Source: a virus. Taken from it: a stretch of 56,618 nucleotides of DNA. Below the pieces are notes generated by a model. That model was not told where the DNA came from and did no database searches. It saw only the letters and a list, made by a program, of their open reading frames with translations. The translations under genes were made by a program, and so were the position numbers. Positions 8,027 to 17,429 of the stretch are shown here, one piece after another (position 1 is the first letter of the stretch; each line of letters starts with the position of its first letter). The DNA lies in UHGV virus genome UHGV-2050067; one strand, given 5' to 3'.

Positions 8027-8590
8027 TTACAGATCAGCGGAGGACATATTAGAGGCTGTTAAACCTTTATTAGAAGGCATCACATTGACTATTAACGATG
8101 AAGTAGTGTTAATTGGCGATCGTTATTACATTAAGGCAACGGCAATATTGAGCGATGGCGAGGACGAAATAACAGTTACTGCTTTCGCTCGCGAGGAAAA
8201 AGAACAAAAAGGCATGTCGGCAGGGCAGTTAACTGGCGCGACATCAAGTTACGCGCGGAAATATGCCCTGAACGGCCTGTTCTGTATAGACGATGCGAAA
8301 GATTTAGATACTGACGCTTACGCTAAGCAGACAGGCCAACAGCCTCGCCAGCAGAAAAACCCACCAAAACAAAAAACTAATCAGAAACCACAGCAGCAGA
8401 AAGCGCCGCCAAATCCTGACGAGGTGTTAGCGCGTTTCTGTGATGCAGCAGCTAAAGCGCCGGACGAAAAGGCATTAAAAGAAATTTTTGCTAAATGCTG
8501 GAAGTTGTTGCCGGAGGGTTCTGAGCAGCGAGTGAAAGCGCAAGATTGTTACCAGATCAGGAAAAGTGAACTTAATGGGGAGATTGCTTA

Positions 8591-8591
<1 letters not shown>
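7938..8591 (+). CDS. erf: Erf-family single-strand annealing recombinase
   Basis: 217 aa, GTG start; NSYGGYNYRSAEDILEAVKPLLEG...LIGDRYYIKATA...GATSSYARKYALNGLFCIDDAKD closely parallels P22 Erf as recalled. Confidence 0.85.
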
Positions 8592-9013
<422 letters not shown>

Positions 9014-9028
9014 TTCAGTAGGTTAGCG

Positions 9029-9307
9029 ATGGGTGATTATTTAAAACCGCCACCGCCACCGCGAACAAAAGAGCAAGTTTTAAAAGAAGCCCGTGATCAT
9101 ATCGATCATGGGCTTTTTTTATGCGGAACGGCAGCGGAACGGATGGCAAAAAGATTTAGTGACCTGTACGCAAAACAAATATGGTTCGACAACTGGCAGG
9201 CAAGTTTTTACCCACTGCAAAGAAAACCGGATATGCATTGGCCTGAATATGTCGATCCACGTATGCGCAAATATCGCGGGCGTATGGGCCAGGTCATTAA
9301 CGATTAA
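9029..9307 (+). CDS. hypothetical protein (92 aa)
   Basis: ORF track; same-strand operon packing. Confidence 0.4.
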   Translation: MGDYLKPPPPPRTKEQVLKEARDHIDHGLFLCGTAAERMAKRFSDLYAKQIWFDNWQASFYPLQRKPDMHWPEYVDPRMRKYRGRMGQVIND

Positions 9308-9319
9308 TGAGGTGTTATC

Positions 9320-9544
9320 ATGATTGAAGAAAAAGAAGTAGATAAGGAAATTCCTGACGGTCGTGATGAGCTTATTTGTTTTGACGGCGGCCTGTATGAG
9401 TTCGAAACGTCTGCGGGGTGGCACGATAAATGGCCTAAGCCTACTCGCCAGGAATTAAGCGACCGTAAATCATTCGGCGAAGATGCCGAACGGCTGGCTA
9501 ATAACAAATGGCTTGATAAGTTAATTGCGGAGGGTGGCAAATGA
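9320..9544 (+). CDS. hypothetical protein (74 aa)
   Basis: ORF track; stop overlaps the next start (ATGA). Confidence 0.4.
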   Translation: MIEEKEVDKEIPDGRDELICFDGGLYEFETSAGWHDKWPKPTRQELSDRKSFGEDAERLANNKWLDKLIAEGGK

Positions 9545-9654
9545 GCTTTGCAAAAATTGCCGCATTGCTTGCGGCTTTATCTATCGCTGTGCTGTATCTC
9601 AGCGTATCTCTTTATATCACGGTAGCGATTATTAAACTCATTACTAACATGTGA
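9541..9654 (+). CDS. mini-ORF, 37-aa hydrophobic peptide
   Basis: MSFAKIAALLAALSIAVLYLSVSLYITVAIIKLITNM; start overlaps the upstream stop. Confidence 0.35.
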   Translation: MSFAKIAALLAALSIAVLYLSVSLYITVAIIKLITNM

Positions 9655-9662
9655 GGCCAATC

Positions 9663-9782
9663 ATGAAAGTCGGTAAGGATATTGTGACTGTAGCGTTTTG
9701 CATTATTTGCTTCCTGTTTGTGGTTGTTTTTTGTGGCGCATTTGCCGCGCTGGTTAGCCTTATTTTCAGGGGATTACTGTGA
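9663..9782 (+). CDS. mini-ORF, 39-aa hydrophobic peptide
   Basis: MKVGKDIVTVAFCIICFLFVVVFCGAFAALVSLIFRGLL; SD gtgagg upstream; stop overlaps the next start. Confidence 0.35.
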   Translation: MKVGKDIVTVAFCIICFLFVVVFCGAFAALVSLIFRGLL

Positions 9783-10054
9783 TGAAAACATGGGATGCAA
9801 AGGCTGGTGATCTTGTCGTGTTGCCTGAATATCGTGATGACCCTGGTCTGGTTGTACTGAATAAGATGTGTAACGATCTCGAACGTCCATTACTGGTTAA
9901 ATACCTGGACGGAACAATCATAGAGCCGCGTTTCTTTGATGATATTGAACTGAAGGCCCGCAATGTTCGCGTTAAGCCGTTCCGGGCTTATGTTGAAAAC
10001 CACTGGCGGAAATTGTTTGCCGGACTGAATGGGATGTTTGGCGTATGGCTATAA
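9779..10054 (+). CDS. hypothetical protein (91 aa)
   Basis: ORF track; overlapping start/stop with neighbours. Confidence 0.4.
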   Translation: MMKTWDAKAGDLVVLPEYRDDPGLVVLNKMCNDLERPLLVKYLDGTIIEPRFFDDIELKARNVRVKPFRAYVENHWRKLFAGLNGMFGVWL

Positions 10055-10236
10055 AATTAGTGAAAGTTAAAGACCTGAAAGGCGGCGAAAAGATCCGCAC
10101 ATGGTATGGCTATAAATTTATTGTCGCTGCCTTTTCTTTCGGGCCAGGGGGGCAAGTAACATTATTTGATGAAGAAGACGACGAGGTGGGTAAATGGCAT
10201 CTTGAACAATATGTTGAGGTGTTAAATGAAAATTAA
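10045..10236 (+). CDS. hypothetical protein (63 aa)
   Basis: ORF track; operon packing. Confidence 0.35.
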   Translation: MAIKLVKVKDLKGGEKIRTWYGYKFIVAAFSFGPGGQVTLFDEEDDEVGKWHLEQYVEVLNEN

Positions 10237-10558
10237 ATTACATAAGGCCTATGATAGCGAAACAAATAAGCTATCACTATTTATTGAGTTCGAACGCCGG
10301 ATAGTGTGTGTACCGTGGGCGCGTCGCTTTAATGATGCAGCTGGGCGGCGACAGTTCGCGTTAGACATGTTGTTGCGCGGTTGCGGCCTTATGCGCCCGC
10401 TATCTGATTTAAAACGGATGATGCCTGGATCGTTCGGTCAGATTGATGAAATAGAAATAGGCCAGGAAGAGCTAAAACGGGCGCGTGATTTATTCCTTTC
10501 AAGTGAAGGAAACCCGTTCAACCCAGAAACTGAAATGAAATGGCATCACCCACTATAA
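10226..10558 (+). CDS. hypothetical protein (110 aa)
   Basis: ORF track; operon packing. Confidence 0.4.
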   Translation: MKIKLHKAYDSETNKLSLFIEFERRIVCVPWARRFNDAAGRRQFALDMLLRGCGLMRPLSDLKRMMPGSFGQIDEIEIGQEELKRARDLFLSSEGNPFNPETEMKWHHPL

Positions 10559-10562
10559 AAGG

Positions 10563-11192
10563 ATGAACATCATGAACGACATCAAAACAGCTTATTCACT
10601 TGGCAGCAATGGCATGTTAATCACTCGCTACACTGAAGATGCAAGTTTTCATGAAGTGGAAACGAAGGATTATCACGAAGTATTAAAAGATATGGAAGCT
10701 GGCGCGTATGACGCTGATTTAAACCTGGCTATGCAGATTGTTGATATTATGATGGACGCGTCGATCCGCGATTATGTGTCTTTAAACGCTGAAGAAAAAA
10801 CTGCCGTAGCTCGTTATGTCTTCTGCCTTGCTTTCGTAAAACGCATGGAAGAAGAATTTGGACGAGTACCAGTGCCGGAAGAAATTGACCCACTGGCGTT
10901 CGGAAGTGCTGTTATTTTCCCGTTAGATGAAAATCATACGGGTAGCGTTGCGCTGTATTCTGTGCGCGGCGTAATGAAAAAAGTATTCGAGGCTAAAGCG
11001 TTACAGAAGTGTATTGATGAAGGGCACAAAGAGGAAGAAGTAAAGGCGATCATGCCATTATTTTACGGCGAAATGGTTGGCAATAATATGCGCGCAAATG
11101 ATTTAGGTGTACAGGCAGCTATAGCTGTGCTTAATGACGCGCGGAAAGACGCACAGCTAGTGCCTGAACCTGAAAAACGCGTACTTCATTAA
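10563..11192 (+). CDS. hypothetical protein (209 aa)
   Basis: ORF track; no motif recognised. Confidence 0.45.
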   Translation: MNIMNDIKTAYSLGSNGMLITRYTEDASFHEVETKDYHEVLKDMEAGAYDADLNLAMQIVDIMMDASIRDYVSLNAEEKTAVARYVFCLAFVKRMEEEFGRVPVPEEIDPLAFGSAVIFPLDENHTGSVALYSVRGVMKKVFEAKALQKCIDEGHKEEEVKAIMPLFYGEMVGNNMRANDLGVQAAIAVLNDARKDAQLVPEPEKRVLH

Positions 11193-11195
11193 CAT

Positions 11196-11211
11196 TGTGA
11201 TTGCGATCACA
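11196..11211. promoter_or_regulatory. perfect TGTGA-N6-TCACA palindrome (CRP-consensus-like) in an intergenic gap
   Basis: tgtgattgcgatcaca; further TGTGA half-sites at about 11231 and 11249; about 80 nt upstream of the 11292 ORF. Confidence 0.4.
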
Positions 11212-11291
11212 TAAATATACATTTTGTTTTGTGATCGCATGTCCGTTTTGTGAACTGAAATCAAAAGGTTTACGGCGCGGAGGAAAACAAG

Positions 11292-11510
11292 ATGGCCCGC
11301 GAATTAATGCTTTATTGCGTTGAGGGTGGCGTAGGCCATGATGCCTATGTCGCAGGGAAAAGCTATCCAGCCGATGAAGTGCTTTCTAATATGCACTTCC
11401 GGGAAAATGAAAGCCGGGTGTCTGTGTGGAAACGGTGCATTGATGGTATTGAAGTTGTAAGTATAGAACGGTATTTAGGCACGTTTGATTACGGTGTTAT
11501 TGAGGCTTAA
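11292..11510 (+). CDS. hypothetical protein (72 aa)
   Basis: ORF track. Confidence 0.4.
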   Translation: MARELMLYCVEGGVGHDAYVAGKSYPADEVLSNMHFRENESRVSVWKRCIDGIEVVSIERYLGTFDYGVIEA

Positions 11511-11608
11511 TTATGGACGATACATTGTTTTATATGTGCTGTTGCTGGGGTTTTATTGCCTTATGCCTGTTTATCAGGTGGTTTATTGAATACCATATGA
11601 GGTGAGGC

Positions 11609-11803
11609 ATGGAACAGGAAACTGATTATAGAATACCTGAAAACCTGAAGTTAGTCGGCATTGGTTTTGGTTGTCGTTTTGTATCTGACGCAAACGGGGC
11701 GATTTATTTAGTGCGCCTCATTGATGGTGTTCAGCATATAAGAAGGCTAGGACTTTACATCAAAGCATTCAGAAGAGGTTATTTAAAAGCTCATGAAGTT
11801 TAA
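11609..11803 (+). CDS. hypothetical protein (64 aa)
   Basis: ORF track. Confidence 0.35.
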   Translation: MEQETDYRIPENLKLVGIGFGCRFVSDANGAIYLVRLIDGVQHIRRLGLYIKAFRRGYLKAHEV

Positions 11804-11996
11804 ACACTATAAAGAATGGAAAATTCCAGAATCAGCAACAAAGGCAGCGCCAGGAAATTTTTCTGGCGTTTATTTTTATATGGATGGCAAATGGTATTTC
11901 GGCAGCAGGCCGGATCACTATTATCAGGAAATATGCAAGCCTCACGTATGGGATATTAAAGAGCGCGTGAAAGGCGGTGTGATTGAGGACGTTTAG
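11793..11996 (+). CDS. hypothetical protein (67 aa)
   Basis: ORF track. Confidence 0.35.
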   Translation: MKFKHYKEWKIPESATKAAPGNFSGVYFYMDGKWYFGSRPDHYYQEICKPHVWDIKERVKGGVIEDV

Positions 11997-11997
11997 A

Positions 11998-12225
11998 ATG
12001 ATGCGTGCACTTATTGACTTTATTATGGGCTGGCTATTTTGTTCTTTTTTTGTATTCTCATGTATAGCTACGGTTCTTATTGGAATTTTATGCGGTGTGT
12101 CTTTTGTTACATGGGAACTACCAGAAATGCCATCACCTGATGATGCGCTTTATATGTTAAGGATCATTATTGCTGTTAGTGTATTTGTTGGGTTCTTTTT
12201 CGCTGATTCTACTGATGTTTTATGA
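11998..12225 (+). CDS. small membrane protein (two predicted TM helices)
   Basis: MMRALIDFIMGWLFCSFFVFSCIATVLIGILCGVSFV...IIIAVSVFVGFFF; ATG at 11998 just after the upstream stop. Confidence 0.4.
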   Translation: MMRALIDFIMGWLFCSFFVFSCIATVLIGILCGVSFVTWELPEMPSPDDALYMLRIIIAVSVFVGFFFADSTDVL

Positions 12226-12460
12226 AATGGCTTTATTTAACCTGTCAGAGCCGCAATTTAACGCCGTAAAAACTGCCGCACGCGCGGCGCTTTCTGCCTG
12301 CAAAACGGAGGTAGAAAAGAACGGCTACAGCGATAAAGCCACGCGGCTGATACTCGACAAGCATTATCGCAAGGTCGCCCCGCTAATCAGTATTGAGCGT
12401 TTTGTGTGGTTGGTTGGGTATTTAAACAACCGTTGGGGGACTGAACAAGATTATTTTTAA
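12215..12460 (+). CDS. hypothetical protein (about 81 aa)
   Basis: In-frame ATG at 12215 within track ORF 12170-12460, overlapping the upstream stop. Confidence 0.35.
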   Translation: MFYEMALFNLSEPQFNAVKTAARAALSACKTEVEKNGYSDKATRLILDKHYRKVAPLISIERFVWLVGYLNNRWGTEQDYF

Positions 12461-12470
12461 GGGGGGCGTA

Positions 12471-13010
12471 ATGAAAAATGATTTTGGAGGCAGCAGCACA
12501 CCGAAGGAAATTAAAGACCTGTGGCAGACACCTAAACCAGTTTTTAGAGGAATGGACCGCGAGTTTGAATTTGTCGCTGACGTGGCGGCAAACAAGGCAA
12601 ACGCATTAATCCCGCGATATATAACCGAAGAAATGGACACGCTTACTTATCCGTGGGGAGCGGTGGCAATGCCTGGCGAATATGTATGGATGAATCCGCC
12701 ATACTCAAATCCGGGTCCATTTATTGATAAAGCGGCGCTCGAACATCAACGGAATCACATCGGTTGCGTGATGTTGTTGCCCGCTGACATTTCTGTTAGC
12801 TGGTTTATGAACGGCGTGGAGACTGCAAACGAATGCCGATTAATCACGCGCGGGCGGCTGGCGTTTATCAATGCTGCAACAGGTAAACCAGCAAGTGGAA
12901 ACAATAAAGGGAGCTTGTTCTTGATCTGGCATCCACGATGCAGACATGAATGTATTTTCACGCAGATAACACGTAAAGAGCTATATGCAAGAGGTGCAGA
13001 AAATGAATAA
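12471..13010 (+). CDS. DNA N6-adenine methyltransferase (phage Dam-like)
   Basis: 179 aa; NPPY catalytic motif (VWMNPPYSNPGPF). Confidence 0.7.
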   Translation: MKNDFGGSSTPKEIKDLWQTPKPVFRGMDREFEFVADVAANKANALIPRYITEEMDTLTYPWGAVAMPGEYVWMNPPYSNPGPFIDKAALEHQRNHIGCVMLLPADISVSWFMNGVETANECRLITRGRLAFINAATGKPASGNNKGSLFLIWHPRCRHECIFTQITRKELYARGAENE

Positions 13011-13494
13011 AGCGGCTGAATTGCTGAGACTTGCGGCTGAAACTATCGAGGCAAGAGGAGAACAAAACGGATACGATCGAAAAGAAGAAAAATCAGCGCC
13101 AAAAATAGCCACTATTTACAACGCTAAGAAGGGGACAAGTTTAACCCCGCTTGATGTATGGGATCTAATGATTTGCCTCAAGGAGGCGCGATTAGAGGCC
13201 ATTTTAAGCAATGGAAGCGATCCGCTCGACACTCTCATAGACCTTATTGCTTACAACGCGCTAAAAGCGGAGCAAATATTAGCGGAGCGGGAGGAAGAGC
13301 AAAAGAAAAAACAGGGTGATTTTGATATGTCGTTAAATTGCCGCTGTAAGAAAACCTCAATACCAGGCGACCTAATCGCTAGTGGTGAAGTAATAATGAA
13401 TGGTAGCTTCCAGCTTGGTAACGGCTGGCGGTTTAATAAAGAGGCTTTATTGTATACACCGAAGGATCATAAAAATGGAAAGGGTGACGATTGA
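13003..13494 (+). CDS. hypothetical protein (163 aa)
   Basis: ATG at 13003 with SD gaggtg; overlaps the Dam stop; no motif recognised. Confidence 0.45.
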   Translation: MNKAAELLRLAAETIEARGEQNGYDRKEEKSAPKIATIYNAKKGTSLTPLDVWDLMICLKEARLEAILSNGSDPLDTLIDLIAYNALKAEQILAEREEEQKKKQGDFDMSLNCRCKKTSIPGDLIASGEVIMNGSFQLGNGWRFNKEALLYTPKDHKNGKGDD

Positions 13495-13978
13495 CAGGTT
13501 ATTAGCCTGCGTTTATGTCGCCGTTTTTGTGATCATCAACCTTATTGTTAACCACTGCGGCCCGTGGGTAATTCCGATCACCACGGTAGCCGCCGTGTGT
13601 GTCAATATGATGATCCGCGACTTTCTGTTATATGACGGCGGTCTGAAATGGTCGGCTACAACATGCGCCGCCGCTGGCGCAATCACGGTGCTGATAAATT
13701 ACGACGCAGGAATGGTGGCGATCGCGTCATTCGTTGCGGTTGTTTCCGGTGCGCTTATTTCTGGCGGCGTTTACCGGGTTTTACCTGGTGATTTCGATTC
13801 GAAACGCTGGCCTGCAAATATAGCGTCCGCCATCGGCGATGCGTTAATTTTTCCTACGCTATCGTTTATGGCATTTATGCCGGAAATATCAGCTATGCAA
13901 TTCATCTCAAAAATGGCAGCGGTAACGGTGATCACCATCATTATGCGCCGCTATTTCACGTTTGAGGGTAGAAAATGA
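13475..13978 (+). CDS. multi-pass membrane protein, YhhQ/VUT-family-like (queuosine-precursor transporter family)
   Basis: ATG at 13475; hydrophobic throughout; DSKRWPANIASAIGDALIFPTLSFMAF resembles the YhhQ motif SRRWWLAPTASTLFGNVSDTLAFFFIAF as recalled. Confidence 0.45.
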   Translation: MERVTIDRLLACVYVAVFVIINLIVNHCGPWVIPITTVAAVCVNMMIRDFLLYDGGLKWSATTCAAAGAITVLINYDAGMVAIASFVAVVSGALISGGVYRVLPGDFDSKRWPANIASAIGDALIFPTLSFMAFMPEISAMQFISKMAAVTVITIIMRRYFTFEGRK

Positions 13979-14733
13979 GCAGGGCTAAACATTGGTTAAA
14001 TAATTGGCTTAGAAGTTGGGTGGTGTGGTCGCTGTACGACGGCAGCGGGTACGCCGTTAAAGATTGGGCGGAAGCTGGATATAAGTGCTATTGCTTCAAC
14101 TATGACGGCGCAAATCACGGAGATTATGAAGGCGTTAAAATCATTCATCCAAATATTGAATACGTTAACATCTGGATTGATAGCCATTTCCTGGGAATGT
14201 TCTCCCCTGAATTGTCTGTTTATCCAGGGCCTGACATTATCCTGGGCTTTCCTCCATGCGACGATCTCGCTGTGTCAGGCGCTCGCTGGTTCGTTGATAA
14301 ATACAGGAAAGATCCTTGTTTTCAGAATAGGGCGGCAAGAAACGCAATGTTGGTTGAATCTCTGGCTAACATGTATAACGTGCCGTGGATGGTGGAGAAT
14401 CCTGTTGGTGTGCTGTCAACGCTATGGCGTAAACCGGATTTTATCTTCAATCCTTGCGCTTACGGTGGCTACCTGCCGGAAGATGACAAGCATCCTGCTT
14501 TCCCTGATGTTTACCCACCGCGCGACGCGTACACGAAGAAAACTTGCATATGGTGCGGCAACGGATTCAGGCAGCCGCTTTTTAGACCTGTAGATCTTAA
14601 CTCTGGTGATAACCCTGGGTGGGCGAAAACCGGAGGCAGGACGAAACGAACAAAGATGATCCGCTCACTAACACCGCGTGGCTTTGCCCGTGCTGTATTC
14701 CTGGCTAACCATGACCGCGTTTTACCGGACTGA
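13975..14733 (+). CDS. DNA cytosine-5 methyltransferase (short, orphan-type)
   Basis: 252 aa; LYDGSGY (motif I-like), GFPPCDDLAVSG (PC motif), MVENPVG (ENV motif). Confidence 0.6.
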   Translation: MSRAKHWLNNWLRSWVVWSLYDGSGYAVKDWAEAGYKCYCFNYDGANHGDYEGVKIIHPNIEYVNIWIDSHFLGMFSPELSVYPGPDIILGFPPCDDLAVSGARWFVDKYRKDPCFQNRAARNAMLVESLANMYNVPWMVENPVGVLSTLWRKPDFIFNPCAYGGYLPEDDKHPAFPDVYPPRDAYTKKTCIWCGNGFRQPLFRPVDLNSGDNPGWAKTGGRTKRTKMIRSLTPRGFARAVFLANHDRVLPD

Positions 14734-14892
14734 AGTTTACAAAATGGCGTCATTGCGTGATATGGATCACATAATGGCGCTTTTCGCCTTGTTCTGGTGT
14801 ATCCATTTTGTATACTTCAAGCAAACAAAATGCTCTTTAAAAATCCGGCAGCGCTGAAATGCGTAGAAATCACCTGAAAAGGAGAGAGCATT

Positions 14893-15069
14893 ATGACTTT
14901 TGATAATTACCAATGGCATGACGACTATGAACGAGAAAGCGTCATGCGTGCAATGTGCAATGTATGCAGCACGAAGAAAGGAGGCTGTAACGAGTGCAAC
15001 GAATGCTTAGAACATTGGCTAAAGGCCGGACACGCCGAAAGGCTGAACGAAACAGAGAATCAAAAATAA
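14893..15069 (+). CDS. small Cys-rich (zinc-ribbon-like) protein, 58 aa
   Basis: Strong SD aaaaggagagag 6 nt upstream of ATG 14893; MTFDNYQWHDDYERESVMRAMCNVCSTKKGGCNECNECLEHWLKAGHAERLNETENQK. Confidence 0.45.
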   Translation: MTFDNYQWHDDYERESVMRAMCNVCSTKKGGCNECNECLEHWLKAGHAERLNETENQK

Positions 15070-15083
15070 TCGGGGTGGTTTTT

Positions 15084-15689
15084 ATGCAGAACCCTAAAAA
15101 ACCTATAAGACGCCGTTGCAAATGCTGCGGCGTTTTTTTTGAGCCTAAATATCACAATCAAACGTGGTGCAGCGATGAATGTCTGGAAGAACTGAAGTTT
15201 GATCAGCTATGCCGCGATCGTGAAAAGGCTATGAAGGCTATGGAGCGGAAGAAACGCCGTGATAGCCAGCGGGAAGAACGCAACCGGAAACGGAAACAGT
15301 TAAATCCGCGTAGCTACTGGATTAAACAGGCACAAAACGTTTTTAACGCTTATATACGCGAGCGTGACGCGGGTCAGCCGTGTATATCTTGCGGGACTTA
15401 TTATTACGAACAATGCGGCGCTGATGCTGGACACTGGCGCACAGTAGCGGCAGCCGGACACCTTCGCTTTAACGAGGATAACGTAAACCTACAATGCCGA
15501 CATTGCAATCAGGTATTAGACGGCAATGTTGAGTTATACAGAATAAATTTAATAAAAAAAATAGGATTAGAAAGGGTGGAGGCATTAGAAAATAATAACG
15601 AAACTCACAAATGGACGATCGAAGAATGTAAGGAGATCATTAAAGTTTATCAGGCGAAATTAGACGCCTTAAGGAGAAAGGCGGCATGA
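15084..15689 (+). CDS. ninG: NinG/Rap-like recombination-associated protein
   Basis: Internal ATG at 15084 of track ORF 14994-15689; Cys-rich (CKCCG, CSDEC, CISCG, CRHCN) with basic region; directly followed by rusA. Confidence 0.6.
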   Translation: MQNPKKPIRRRCKCCGVFFEPKYHNQTWCSDECLEELKFDQLCRDREKAMKAMERKKRRDSQREERNRKRKQLNPRSYWIKQAQNVFNAYIRERDAGQPCISCGTYYYEQCGADAGHWRTVAAAGHLRFNEDNVNLQCRHCNQVLDGNVELYRINLIKKIGLERVEALENNNETHKWTIEECKEIIKVYQAKLDALRRKAA

Positions 15690-16114
15690 ATGAATATTCT
15701 TTTATCCTGCCTTACCCGCCATCATGTAACAGGTATTACCGCCACGCCAGAGGGGTTAACTATATAAGCAAGGAGGGGAAAAAATACAGAGAATGGGTGA
15801 GGGAAGTCATAAGGCGTTTTAATCTTGATATAAATCTAAAATGCAGGTTATCAATAACGGTTTATATTGCGCCGCCAGACAACAGGAGACGCGATATAGA
15901 TAATATAGGGAAAGCGTTATTTGACGCTATAACCTATTCCGGCTTTTGGGCCGATGACAGCCAGGTTGACGCAATGAAGTTTGTTCGTTGCCGGAAGGTA
16001 AAAGGCGGACTCTTATTTATCAAGGTGCGAGAACGCAACGACATGTTGCCGGATATTAATGAATACTTAACTGATATGTGGGGCGACAATGGAGTTAATA
16101 AACATTGTTGTTAA
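15686..16114 (+). CDS. rusA: RusA-family Holliday junction resolvase
   Basis: 142 aa; LPYPPSCNRYYRHARG...DNRRRDIDNIGKALFDAITYSGFWADDSQV matches RusA. Confidence 0.85.
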   Translation: MNEYSFILPYPPSCNRYYRHARGVNYISKEGKKYREWVREVIRRFNLDINLKCRLSITVYIAPPDNRRRDIDNIGKALFDAITYSGFWADDSQVDAMKFVRCRKVKGGLLFIKVRERNDMLPDINEYLTDMWGDNGVNKHCC

Positions 16115-16325
16115 ATGTACTCAATCAAGCGTCGATTTTTTCACTGAAGGTAAAAAATATTCAGGTTTTATAAAGCATGGGTGCTTTGCTTTCATTCTAC
16201 AAGACGATCTTGTATCGGATTTCGACGACGCCGACGCATGGCGATTAGTCCAGTATTTCCCATCAAAAAATGAGTATTTTTTGCAGGGTCATTTTAAAAC
16301 TCGGTTTAAGGTGGTAGAGAAATGA
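16089..16325 (+). CDS. hypothetical protein (78 aa)
   Basis: ORF track. Confidence 0.35.
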   Translation: MELINIVVKCTQSSVDFFTEGKKYSGFIKHGCFAFILQDDLVSDFDDADAWRLVQYFPSKNEYFLQGHFKTRFKVVEK

Positions 16326-16504
16326 AAAACGAAATTAAAGATCTGCAAATAGATATTCAGCGCGATGAGCATGATTTAGAGACTGTGCGACAAATACAGG
16401 CTTTCCACATGCGAGAATTGCTTGCGCTTAAAGAGCTTGAAAGAAAGTTGGTGCAAGCAATATCTGATCGCAAAAGACTTGTTGCGCGTTACGGGGGCAA
16501 GTAA
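16322..16504 (+). CDS. hypothetical protein (60 aa)
   Basis: ORF track. Confidence 0.35.
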   Translation: MKNEIKDLQIDIQRDEHDLETVRQIQAFHMRELLALKELERKLVQAISDRKRLVARYGGK

Positions 16505-17226
16505 TGAATCTGGAATCTATTCTCAAATTCCACTTCCCAAAATCACCGCGTTTATCAGATGAAAGCCGGGGAACGTCCCCGGATGCTCTTAATACTACGG
16601 ATGCACTAACTGCCGCAGGTATGGCGCAATCGCGCGTAGAGCTTGGTTACAGCGCTTTTTTAGGGAAGATGGAACTATCACAAGCCGAAAAGCATAAGGC
16701 CGTAGTTTTGCTTACAGAGCGTTTAAGGGCTATGGCAAAAGATTATGAATACGTTATGGAACTGGACGAGGCCAAACGCAATGATCTCATTATTCTTGTT
16801 GCCGTTTTCGCATTTCGGGATTATTGCCAGAGTGCCGCGACGGAAAAAACTTGTATGGAGTGCGGCGGATATAAATTTACGTTTGACGAATACGGAGAAA
16901 AACACCTTTGCAAAAAATGCAAGGGGCATGGGACAGTTCGCAATCATTGTAAACAATGCAAGGGCCGTGGCGAAGTACCGGATAAAGCAGCCAGTGAAGC
17001 GGCGGAAATGCCAGTGTTCAAAACGTGCCAGCATTGCGGCGGGCGCGGGTACTCGCGTTTCCCTGTAGATCTTGTACGGCGGGCGGTTAATCAGCTTGTT
17101 TTCCCGGTAAGCCGATCAACGTGGTGGAAGAAATACCGCGCTTTCTATGAAGACGCCATTGCTGAATTGTTCAAAGAAGAGGCGCGGGCTGACAACGAAA
17201 TCAAACGAGTAACACGGGGTGAATGA
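16504..17226 (+). CDS. DnaJ-type zinc-finger protein (four CxxCxGxG repeats); possible Q-like regulator
   Basis: 240 aa; CMECGGYK, CKKCKGHG, CKQCKGRG, CQHCGGRG. Confidence 0.5.
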   Translation: MNLESILKFHFPKSPRLSDESRGTSPDALNTTDALTAAGMAQSRVELGYSAFLGKMELSQAEKHKAVVLLTERLRAMAKDYEYVMELDEAKRNDLIILVAVFAFRDYCQSAATEKTCMECGGYKFTFDEYGEKHLCKKCKGHGTVRNHCKQCKGRGEVPDKAASEAAEMPVFKTCQHCGGRGYSRFPVDLVRRAVNQLVFPVSRSTWWKKYRAFYEDAIAELFKEEARADNEIKRVTRGE

Positions 17227-17429
17227 TGGATAAGCTGGAAATAAACGATCAGTTTGCTGTTATCTTGTTCGAAGATAAAACAGGCGGTGCATGGTGTAAG
17301 AAAGTCACTGGTGCTGAAGCGCGTTTAATATTAGGCATGGCAAGCGCGTTAAATGATGGTGAATTGCCAGCCGTACCGGTTGAGCCAGTACATATTTACG
17401 GACGGAATAAAGACAATGAAAATACTTAA
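17223..17429 (+). CDS. hypothetical protein (68 aa)
   Basis: ORF track. Confidence 0.35.
   Translation: MMDKLEINDQFAVILFEDKTGGAWCKKVTGAEARLILGMASALNDGELPAVPVEPVHIYGRNKDNENT

Noticed and set aside
14102-14593. Alternate-frame 163-aa ORF within the C5 methyltransferase gene
   Set aside because: The frame at 13975-14733 carries the methyltransferase motifs.
14764-14859. Possible 31-37 aa hydrophobic mini-ORF starting in the ACAAAATGG motif
   Set aside because: Weak SD and overlap with a repeated motif make a regulatory role more likely than coding; recorded under the motif finding.
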